The translations under genes were made by a program, and so were the position numbers. Below are positions 53,358-61,581 of a stretch of DNA of 64,000 nt, piece by piece. The first letter of the stretch is position 1; each line of letters opens with the position of its first letter. The stretch spans positions 3,743-67,742 of the forward strand of contig DATKNZ010000401.1 of NCBI GenBank assembly GCA_035541055.1, read 5' to 3'. The notes beneath the pieces are model-generated. The model saw only the letters and a program-made list of their open reading frames with translations. It did no database searches and was not told the DNA's origin. The stretch comes from Candidatus Acidiferrum sp. GTDB taxonomy: Bacteria; Verrucomicrobiota; Verrucomicrobiia; Limisphaerales; UBA8199.

Positions 53358-56162
53358 ATGAGAACAAAACTGACCTGGCTCCTGGCCTGCCTTCTGCCCG
53401 GAGCACCTCTAATGGCTGCCGACATCGAGGCGACGGTCTATCCTGGCCAGCCCACCACCAGCACCGCCAACGTATCCATCCCGTCGCTGCCGCCGGCGGC
53501 GGACGTGCTGTTCTCTTTCGACTGCACGGCCAGCATGGATACGGTTTTAGACACAACGAAGGCCAATGCCGTGAGCCTCATGGGCCAACTCGAAGGCACC
53601 GGCGTGAGCTTCCATTTTGCCGTGGCCTCGTTCATGGATTATCCGGGCACCTATACTTCGTGCGGCTACTCGTCCACCTACGGCGACGCCTCGAGCGGCG
53701 ACTACCCTTATAAGCTCAACCAGGCAATGACCACCAACATGAGCGCCGTCACCACGGCCGTCAGCGGCTTGAAGATCGGCTATGGCGTGGATTCGCCCGA
53801 GGCCTACACCCGCCAAATGTACGAGAGTTACGCCGATACCAACGTCCTGTGGCGTACCGGCGCCAAGCGGGTCATGGTGATCTTCGGGGACGATGTGCCG
53901 CACGACTGCAACCTCAACCGCGGGATACCGGGCACGGGCACCAATGTCTGGTCCACCGGCGGCGACCCGGGCCGCGACGGAATCATGGGCACCAGCGACG
54001 ACCTCGACCTGCAAGCCGTCCTGTCGGGCATGGTTTCGAACCATGTCGTCATGCTGGCGGCCCGCATTGATAATTACGGGGGCTCCAGCTACGCGTTTAA
54101 CTACTGGACCGCCTGGACGCGAGAGACGGGCGGCAAAGCGTTCCAGAGCTCCGGCACCACGTTGATCAATGATCTCATGCACGCAATCACCAACAGCCTG
54201 ACGATCATGTGCGTCCAGAATCTGCAAGTGCTGGTCACCCCGACCAACTTCAGCTCGTGGCTGACAGCCAACCCGCCCGTCTATGCCCAGGCCTGCTCCG
54301 GAGACACGCCGGCCTTCCACCTCGCCTTCACACCGCCCCCCGGCACACCCGGGGGCGATTACTCATTCAGCATCTCGGTGCAGGATAACCAGGGCGTGCA
54401 ATACCTGTCCGAATCAGTACTGCTTCATGTCATTCCACCGGTGCCCCTGCCCGTGGCGCTCAACAACGCAACCCTGACCTGGATGACGGCATCGAATATT
54501 CCCTGGTTCGGGCAAACGAACGTGTCGCACGACGGCGTGTCTGCCGGGCGCAGTTGTTTCGTTGGCGACGGCGGGCAGACCAGCATGAGCACCACCACCA
54601 ACGGCCCGGGCACGCTATCCTTCTGGTGGGAAGTGTCCTCTCAAACCAATGCCGACCTGCTGAGCTTCATCTGCTACGGCGGCGGCACGACCAGCATCAC
54701 GGCGCAAATCTCGGGCGAAGTGGGTTGGCAGCAGTTCAGCGCCTACCTGCCCGGCGGCCCGCAGACGCTGGTCTGGACGTATAGCAAAGACGCCTCCCAA
54801 AGCGCCGGGCTCGATGCCGGCTTCGTGGACCAGGTCAGCTACGCCTTCGGCCCGACGCTGCCCTTCATCATTGCCGACCCACAGAGCCAGCAGGTCTCGG
54901 CCACCACGCCGGTGACCTTCTCGGTCCTGGCCAACGGCACGCCCACCTTGGCCTACCAGTGGCGCGTGAACGGCAAAGATATTCTCGGGGCCACCTCGAA
55001 CGTGCTCGCCTTGCCCAGCGCGACCTGGCTCGATGCCGGCACCTACGCCGTGCGCGTCTCGAATCCTTACGGCGTCACCAACAGCGCGAACGCGGCCCTG
55101 AGCATTCTACCGATCATGCTGCGCGGGGACGACTCGATGGGGCAGATCCAGCCGTCTCTCCTGGAGACCAACCCGGCGGCCATTGCGGCCGGCTCGTATC
55201 ATACGCTCGCCCTGCTCCAGGACGGCACGGTCGCCGCCTGGGGCGAAGATGACGATGGGCAATGCGATCCCCCGCCGGGCCTCACGAACGTAGTGCAGGT
55301 TGCCGGCGGCGGCTATCACAGCCTGGCCTTGAGCGCCGACGGATCGGTTACCGCCTGGGGCGGCAATGAAGATCAGCAATGCAACGTCCCAGCCGGCCTG
55401 ACCAACGTGCTGGCCGTGGCCGCCGGCTTTTGGCACAGCCTGGCATTGCGCGCGGATGGCACGGTCGTCGCCTGGGGCGATAACAGCTACGGGCAGACCT
55501 CTATACCGGCCGGCCTCAATAATGTGGTGGCAATCGCGGCCGGCGGGAACCACAGCCTCGCCCTGCGCGCGGACGGCACCGTCGCAGCCTGGGGCGATAA
55601 CCTGGATGCCTACGGCAGCTACGTAGGGCAATCAGCGGTGCCGGCCGGCCTGAACGGCGTGCAAGGCATCGGCGCCGGCGAATACCACAGCCTCGCGGTC
55701 CGTACTAACGGCGCGGTGGCCGCCTGGGGCGACGATTCCCAGGGCCAATGCGACCTTCCCCCCAACCTGACCAACGCCGTAGCCGTGACCGGGGGAGGCG
55801 GACACAGCCTGGCCATTAAAGCCGATAGCTCGATGGCGGCCTGGGGCGCCAACTGGAACGGGCAGTGCAACCTCCCGACCAACCTGCTAGGCGTGGCCTG
55901 CGTCGCGGCCGGCGACATGCACAGCGTAGTGCTCTTTGGCCTCACGCCGCCCAAGCTGATCCGCACCCGGCGCGGCCACGGGCAATTCACCCTGATGCTG
56001 CCGACCTACGCCGGAATGAACTACGCGCTCGAATACGAGACCGCTTTGCAGTCCGGCGTCTGGACCCCCAGCGCCTCCGCTTTCGGCCACGGCGGCCTGC
56101 AGATGCTGACCGACCTCACCGCGACCAACTCCGCCCGCTATTACCGCGTGCGGGTGTGGTAG
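53358..56162 (+). CDS. Secreted vWA-like / Ig-like / RCC1-repeat (beta-propeller) protein
   Basis: Signal peptide 'LTWLLACLLPGAPLMAA'. vWA-like 'DVLFSFDCTASMD...VMVIFGDDVPHD'. Ig-like 'AYQWRVNGKDI...DAGTYAVRVSNPYG'. At least seven RCC1 blades follow the pattern 'G.YHSLAL.ADG.V.AWG.N..GQ...P.GL.NV'. The protein ends 'RYYRVRVW'. Confidence 0.85.
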   Translation: MRTKLTWLLACLLPGAPLMAADIEATVYPGQPTTSTANVSIPSLPPAADVLFSFDCTASMDTVLDTTKANAVSLMGQLEGTGVSFHFAVASFMDYPGTYTSCGYSSTYGDASSGDYPYKLNQAMTTNMSAVTTAVSGLKIGYGVDSPEAYTRQMYESYADTNVLWRTGAKRVMVIFGDDVPHDCNLNRGIPGTGTNVWSTGGDPGRDGIMGTSDDLDLQAVLSGMVSNHVVMLAARIDNYGGSSYAFNYWTAWTRETGGKAFQSSGTTLINDLMHAITNSLTIMCVQNLQVLVTPTNFSSWLTANPPVYAQACSGDTPAFHLAFTPPPGTPGGDYSFSISVQDNQGVQYLSESVLLHVIPPVPLPVALNNATLTWMTASNIPWFGQTNVSHDGVSAGRSCFVGDGGQTSMSTTTNGPGTLSFWWEVSSQTNADLLSFICYGGGTTSITAQISGEVGWQQFSAYLPGGPQTLVWTYSKDASQSAGLDAGFVDQVSYAFGPTLPFIIADPQSQQVSATTPVTFSVLANGTPTLAYQWRVNGKDILGATSNVLALPSATWLDAGTYAVRVSNPYGVTNSANAALSILPIMLRGDDSMGQIQPSLLETNPAAIAAGSYHTLALLQDGTVAAWGEDDDGQCDPPPGLTNVVQVAGGGYHSLALSADGSVTAWGGNEDQQCNVPAGLTNVLAVAAGFWHSLALRADGTVVAWGDNSYGQTSIPAGLNNVVAIAAGGNHSLALRADGTVAAWGDNLDAYGSYVGQSAVPAGLNGVQGIGAGEYHSLAVRTNGAVAAWGDDSQGQCDLPPNLTNAVAVTGGGGHSLAIKADSSMAAWGANWNGQCNLPTNLLGVACVAAGDMHSVVLFGLTPPKLIRTRRGHGQFTLMLPTYAGMNYALEYETALQSGVWTPSASAFGHGGLQMLTDLTATNSARYYRVRVW

Positions 56163-56254
56163 GCGGGCGCCGCAGCGTCTTGGAGTGCGCCAGCCCTCTG
56201 GCGCTCCCGTGCACACCGGCCCGTCTTCGGTCAGAGCTCTTGGCATAATTCCAC

Positions 56255-56387
56255 CCAAATCCGAAGGCCGAAGGCCGAAGCCCGAAAGAAGGCCGAACTA
56301 CGCAATCCGAGGGCGCCAGTGTGGTGCGTTCGAGCCTCGGATTTCGGCCTTCCTTCGGCCTTCGGATTTCGGCCTTCGGATTTGGGC
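56255..56387. repeat. CCGAAGG-heptamer inverted-repeat element, copy D
   Basis: CCCAAATCCGAAGGCCGAAGGCCGAAGCCCGAAAGAAGGCCGAA (56255-56298) pairs with CCTCGGATTTCGGCCTTCCTTCGGCCTTCGGATTTCGGCCTTCGGATTTGGG (56335-56387). Confidence 0.9.
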
Positions 56388-56455
56388 AGAGTCAGGCGAA
56401 CAAACCTCTTTTCCATTGAACTGCGCGCCCGTGTCCGCAAGATTGTGCATCCTCG

Positions 56456-58981
56456 ATGGACCGCACCAACAAGGCGCGCGATGCTCTCCGGGTAGGCCTG
56501 CTCCTGGCTGCGCTCACGCTGGTGGCCTACTGGCCCATGTGGCAGAACGGCTTCGTCAGCTATGACGACCGGAGCTACGTGACCGAAAACCCGCACGTCC
56601 TGGGCGGACTCAGCCTCAACAGCATTAAATGGGCCCTCACGACCGGGCACGCCGGGAACTGGCACCCGCTCACCTGGCTCTCGCATATCCTGGACGCCCA
56701 AATCTACGGGCTGTGGGCCGCAGGGCACCATGCGACCAACCTGCTCCTGCATATCGCCAACACCCTGCTGCTCTTCGCCTGGCTGCGGCGGGTGACTGGC
56801 GCGCTTTGGCGCAGCGCCCTTGTGGCGGCGCTCTTCGCCGTCCACCCGCTGCACGTGGAATCGGTCGCCTGGGTGGCCGAGCGCAAGGACGTGCTGAGCA
56901 TGTTCTTCTTCATGCTCACACTGTGGACCTACACGCGATGGGTGGAGGAAGGAGAACATCCAACATCCAACACCGCAGTGCGTGGTGCGTGTTCCGTGTC
57001 CACGCAACACGCAACACGCAACACGTTCCACGCTCCGCGCTTCGCGCTCTACGTCCTTTCCCTGCTCTCCTTCGCCCTGGGTCTCATGAGCAAGCCCATG
57101 CTGGTGACCGTGCCCTTCGTCCTCGTGCTCCTGGACTACTGGCCACTCGGCCGCTTCGCAGGTCTTGAGTCTAAAGTCTCAAGTCTCGAGTCCAAGGAAG
57201 ACTTAGCACGCAACACGCAATACGCACCACGTTTCAGCCTTGAGCCTCTAGCCCTTAGCCTTTGGGACAAACTGCCCTTCTTCGCCCTCAGCCTGGCTTC
57301 CAGCGCCGCCACCTTCCTTATTCAGCGCAACGCCGGCGCGGTGAGTTCACTCGACACGCTGCCGCTGGAGTTCCGAATTTCCAACGCGTTCGTCTCCTGC
57401 CTGCGCTATGCCGCCAAGCTGTTTTGGCCCGTGCGGCTGGCGGCTTTCTACCCTGCCCCAAGCCATTGGCCGGATGCCTGGGTCGCTGGTGCCATTGTGT
57501 TCCTGGTAGGCGTAACCGCGCTGGTCGTCTGGCGGGCACCCCGGGCGCCATACCTGCCCGTCGGGTGGTTCTGGTACCTGGGCACGCTGGTGCCGGTCAT
57601 TGGCATCGTCCAGGTCGGCCAGCAATCCATGGCCGACCGCTACAGCTACATCCCGCTCATCGGGCTGTTCATCATGCTCGTCTGGGGCGCAGCGGCCGTC
57701 TGCTCGCGGTGGCCGGCGGCGAGAGGCGCACTGGCAGCTTGTGGGGTGGCCGCGGTCTGCGCCTGCGCCGTGCTGACCTGGCGACAGGTCGAGTATTGGC
57801 ATGACAGCGCCAGCCTTTTTCAACACGCCCTCGCGGTTACGGAGGACAATGCCGTCGCCCAGAACAACCTCGGCGCGTGCTCCTTGGACGCCGGAAACCT
57901 CGCCGAAGCCGAAGCGCACTTCGCCGAGGCGGTGCGCATCCATCCCAATTACCCCGAAGCGCTGGCCAACCTGGGCCTCTGCCGCCAGCAGGCGGGACAG
58001 GAGCAAGAAGCGATAGACCTGCTGCTAAAGTCGGTCCGCGTCCAGAGCAGTCCCGCGGTCGAATACAACCTGGGCGAACTGCTCTCCCGGCGTGGTGAAC
58101 TGGCGCCGGCCGAGTCGCACTACCGCACCGCCCTGAAGGAAAACCCCGAGTTCGCCGAGGCGTGGTGCGGCCTCGGCCAACTCAAAGCCAGGCAAGGCCA
58201 GGTGGCCGAGGCAGTGCAGTGCTATACCACTGCGCTACGATTTAAGCCGGGCCTGGTCGCCGCCCACGAGGCCCTCGGAGGCATGTTGGAGGCGCAGAAG
58301 AAACTCGACCAAGCCATCCCGCATTTCGAGGCCGCCGTGCGGTCCGCTCCCACGGATCCCAATGCCCATTACAACCTCGCCGCTGCGCTGAACGCCAAAG
58401 GCGACTTCGCCGGCGCCGCGGCGCAATACGCCGAGACCTGCCGCTTGCGACCCGACGACCTCGAAGCGCGCCGCAACCTCGCGCTGGCCCTGCTCGGACA
58501 AGGCAAGCTGGCTGAAGCAGCCTCACAGCTAGAGCAGGTCCTGCGCGTCCGGCCCGACGCTGCGACCGAGCACTACCTGGCGCTCGCCCTCGACTCTCAG
58601 GGGCAAACCGCCGCCGCGCTGCCGCATTACCGCGAAGCAGTGCGCCTGGCGCCGGACACCGCCCTCTACCTGAATGACCTGGCGTGGATCCTCGCGACCA
58701 GTCCCCAGGCCGAGCTGCGCAACGGCGCAGAGGCGGTGCAATTGGCGGAGACGGCCTGCAAGCTAAGCGGCGGCAAGGAGGCGCGCTGCTACGGTACACT
58801 GGACGCCGCTTATGCGGAGGTGGGCCGCTTCGACGACGCCGTGGCTACCGCCACCAAAGCCCGCGACCTCGCCCTCGCCGCCGGGCAGAAGGAGTTGGCC
58901 GGCGCAGCCGAGGCTCGGCTCGCGCTTTACCAACAGCGCAAGCCCTTCCGCCAGCCCGTTGTGACCGCCCCGCCGCCTTGA
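56456..58981 (+). CDS. TMTC/PMT/ArnT-like GT-C membrane glycosyltransferase fused to a C-terminal TPR array, paralogue 1
   Basis: First-loop acidic motif 'GFVSYDDRSYVTENPHV'. 'NWHPLTWLSH' and 'HPLHVESVAWVAERKDVLS' (DUF1736/TMTC-like). Multiple transmembrane helices are followed by about 10 TPR units ('AEAHFAEAVRIHPNYPEALANLG...'). Confidence 0.8.
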   Translation: MDRTNKARDALRVGLLLAALTLVAYWPMWQNGFVSYDDRSYVTENPHVLGGLSLNSIKWALTTGHAGNWHPLTWLSHILDAQIYGLWAAGHHATNLLLHIANTLLLFAWLRRVTGALWRSALVAALFAVHPLHVESVAWVAERKDVLSMFFFMLTLWTYTRWVEEGEHPTSNTAVRGACSVSTQHATRNTFHAPRFALYVLSLLSFALGLMSKPMLVTVPFVLVLLDYWPLGRFAGLESKVSSLESKEDLARNTQYAPRFSLEPLALSLWDKLPFFALSLASSAATFLIQRNAGAVSSLDTLPLEFRISNAFVSCLRYAAKLFWPVRLAAFYPAPSHWPDAWVAGAIVFLVGVTALVVWRAPRAPYLPVGWFWYLGTLVPVIGIVQVGQQSMADRYSYIPLIGLFIMLVWGAAAVCSRWPAARGALAACGVAAVCACAVLTWRQVEYWHDSASLFQHALAVTEDNAVAQNNLGACSLDAGNLAEAEAHFAEAVRIHPNYPEALANLGLCRQQAGQEQEAIDLLLKSVRVQSSPAVEYNLGELLSRRGELAPAESHYRTALKENPEFAEAWCGLGQLKARQGQVAEAVQCYTTALRFKPGLVAAHEALGGMLEAQKKLDQAIPHFEAAVRSAPTDPNAHYNLAAALNAKGDFAGAAAQYAETCRLRPDDLEARRNLALALLGQGKLAEAASQLEQVLRVRPDAATEHYLALALDSQGQTAAALPHYREAVRLAPDTALYLNDLAWILATSPQAELRNGAEAVQLAETACKLSGGKEARCYGTLDAAYAEVGRFDDAVATATKARDLALAAGQKELAGAAEARLALYQQRKPFRQPVVTAPPP

Positions 58982-59031
58982 GTGCCATCGAACTTGCGGA
59001 CAGCGCGCGCCGCGCCCCATCATCCTCGCGT

Positions 59032-61581
59032 ATGCCGGAACGACGGAAGTGGGAACCCGCCGCAGTTTGCTATTGCCTGCTGGCGTTGATCACGCTCGCC
59101 GTGTATCTGCCGGTCCTCGAGGCGCGCTTCGTCACCTTCGACGACACCTACTACGTCACGGACAATCAGCACGTGCAGGCCGGCCTGACCTGGGAAGGCA
59201 CGCGCTGGGCGTTCACGCATTACCATGCGGCGAACTGGCATCCGGTGACCTGGCTCTCGCACATGCTGGACTGCCAGCTTTACGGCTTGAATCCGCTGGG
59301 CCCTCACCTGACCAACCTCCTGTTCCACACGGCGAACACGTTGCTGCTGTTCGGGTTGCTCCGCTACCTGACCGGCGCGTTCTGGCGCAGCGCATTCGTG
59401 GCGGCGCTCTTCGCCCTGCACCCGCTGCACGTCGAGTCGGTCGCCTGGGTCGCCGAGCGCAAAGACGTGCTGAGCACGTTCTTCTTCCTGCTCACGCTAT
59501 GGACCTACGTCCGCTACGCGGAAGCCCGAACGCCGAAGGTCGAAGGCCGAATTGGGAAACATCCAACAGCCAACATCCAACATCCAACATCCAGTGATCA
59601 GCCCCAGGCAGGTTCCACACGCCACGCTCCTCGCTTCTACCTTCTGTCCTTGCTCTTCTTTGCCCTGGGCCTCATGAGCAAGCCCATGCTGGTGACCGTG
59701 CCGTTCGTGTTGCTGCTCCTGGACTACTGGCCGGTGCGGCGGTTCGCCGGTCTCGAGTCTCAAGTCTCAAATCTCAAGCCCACGCAACTCGCAACACGCA
59801 CCACGCCTCAGGCCCACGGCTGGCGCCAAGCTCGTAAATCCCAGATCGTAAATCGTATATTGCTGGACAAGCTCCCCTTCCTCGCGCTCTCTGCCGCGTC
59901 CTGCATCGTGACCGTCATCGCGCAGCACAAGGGCGGCGCCCTGGCCTCGCTCGAAGGCGGGAGCGCCGTAAGCATAGCCTGCCGCATCGTCAACACCCCC
60001 GTCGCGTACGCATCCTACCTGGCGAAGCTGCTGTGGCCGGCGGACCTGGCAGTCATCTACCCATTCGTCCGGGAATGGCCGGCGGACATCGTTGTGCTGG
60101 CGACCGCGGTCGTCGTTGCCCTTACTGGCGCTGCCGTGTGGCTGGGGCTTCGCCGGCGGCCCTACCTGCTTGTGGGCTGGCTCTGGTACTTGGGCACTCT
60201 GGTGCCGGTCATCGGCCTCGTGAAGGTGGGCGCCCAATCCATCGCCGACCGCTACATGTATATCCCTTCAATCGGCCTGTTTGTTATGCTGGCATGGGGC
60301 GTGGCCGACCTGACCGCGGGATGGGCGCAACGCACGGTTCCGCTGGCCCTGGCCGCGGCGGCAGTCCTGGCCGCATGCGGCATAGTCACCGGCGCCCAAC
60401 TGCTCTACTGGCAAAACACCGAGACGCTGTTCCGCCACGCGCTGGCCGTAACCAAAGACAATTATATGGCCTGCAACAATCTCGGCTACTACTTCGCCGA
60501 ACTGGGCGAGCACGAGCAGGCGAAGACCTGCTACCGCCAGGCAATACAAATTGCCCCGACCTATCCCGCCCCGCGCAGCAACCTGGGGGCGACCCTCATA
60601 CATCAGCAGAAGTACAGCGAAGCCGTCGCCGCGCTGGAGGAGGCGCTGGCCCTGAACCCCGCGTCGGCCGACATCGAGAGCAACCTGGGCGGCGCCCTGT
60701 ATTGCGAGGGCAAAACCGCCGACGCCATTACGCATCTGCGCCGGGCCATCCAGCTCAATCCCGAATACGCCATGGCTCGCTACAACCTGGGCAACGCCTT
60801 GCTGCAACAGGACAAACCGACCGAGGCAGCGGCGGCGTTCCGCCAGGCGACGAAGCTCGATCCGCGTTACGCCGACGCGTATAGCAACCTTGGGCTCATT
60901 CTGGCCAAGGAAGGCAAGTCGGCTGAAGCGGAGGCCCAGTTCCGGCACGCACTGAACCTGCAGCCGGGCCTGGCGCCGGCGCTTTACAGCCTCGGACAAA
61001 CGCTCCTGGAGCAAGGAAAAGCTGACGAGGCCGCGGCGCAGTTCACCGAGTTGCTCCGGCTGCATCCCCGGCATCAGCCGGCCTGGATGCAACTCGGCCT
61101 CGCCCGCGTTAAGCAGGGTAACCCGGACGAAGCAGCGGCCGCCTTCTCCTCGGCGCTGCGGATCAGTCCTGACGACCTCGAAGCCCACTGCCAACTAGGC
61201 GCCGTCCTCGCGAGCCAACACCGATCGCGTGAGGCGGTCCAGCATTACCGCGAAGCGCTCAAGCTGGCGCCCGACTCACCCGAAATCCTTAACAACCTGG
61301 CTTGGATTCTCGCCGCCGGTCCCAACGCCCAGGTCCGCAATGGCAAGGACGCGGTCGCCCTGGCTGAGCGCGCCTGCAAACTGACCGATTACAAGCGCCC
61401 GGTCATGGTGGGCACCTTGGCGGCGGCTTATGCCGAAGCGGGACGCTTCCAGGATGCAGTGGCCACGGCGGAAAAAGCGGGAGCACTGGCCGAGCAGTCC
61501 AACCAACCCGCCCTGGCCGCCCGGAACCGCGAGCTGGCGGCGCTCTATCGCTCCGGGCAGCCTGCCCGGGACACGCAATGA
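59032..61581 (+). CDS. TMTC-like GT-C glycosyltransferase + TPR, paralogue 2
   Basis: 'RFVTFDDTYYVTDNQHV', 'NWHPVTWLSH' and 'HPLHVESVAWVAERKDVLS', then a TPR array. I chose the start at ATG 59032 (MPERRKWEPAAV...). The track ORF start 58684 would overlap paralogue 1. Confidence 0.8.
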   Translation: MPERRKWEPAAVCYCLLALITLAVYLPVLEARFVTFDDTYYVTDNQHVQAGLTWEGTRWAFTHYHAANWHPVTWLSHMLDCQLYGLNPLGPHLTNLLFHTANTLLLFGLLRYLTGAFWRSAFVAALFALHPLHVESVAWVAERKDVLSTFFFLLTLWTYVRYAEARTPKVEGRIGKHPTANIQHPTSSDQPQAGSTRHAPRFYLLSLLFFALGLMSKPMLVTVPFVLLLLDYWPVRRFAGLESQVSNLKPTQLATRTTPQAHGWRQARKSQIVNRILLDKLPFLALSAASCIVTVIAQHKGGALASLEGGSAVSIACRIVNTPVAYASYLAKLLWPADLAVIYPFVREWPADIVVLATAVVVALTGAAVWLGLRRRPYLLVGWLWYLGTLVPVIGLVKVGAQSIADRYMYIPSIGLFVMLAWGVADLTAGWAQRTVPLALAAAAVLAACGIVTGAQLLYWQNTETLFRHALAVTKDNYMACNNLGYYFAELGEHEQAKTCYRQAIQIAPTYPAPRSNLGATLIHQQKYSEAVAALEEALALNPASADIESNLGGALYCEGKTADAITHLRRAIQLNPEYAMARYNLGNALLQQDKPTEAAAAFRQATKLDPRYADAYSNLGLILAKEGKSAEAEAQFRHALNLQPGLAPALYSLGQTLLEQGKADEAAAQFTELLRLHPRHQPAWMQLGLARVKQGNPDEAAAAFSSALRISPDDLEAHCQLGAVLASQHRSREAVQHYREALKLAPDSPEILNNLAWILAAGPNAQVRNGKDAVALAERACKLTDYKRPVMVGTLAAAYAEAGRFQDAVATAEKAGALAEQSNQPALAARNRELAALYRSGQPARDTQ

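Noticed and set aside
58684-59031. N-terminal extension of TMTC-like paralogue 2 proposed by the ORF track
   Set aside because: It would overlap the last ~300 nt of paralogue 1 in another frame. The conserved family N-terminus starts at MPERRKWEPAAV (ATG 59032).
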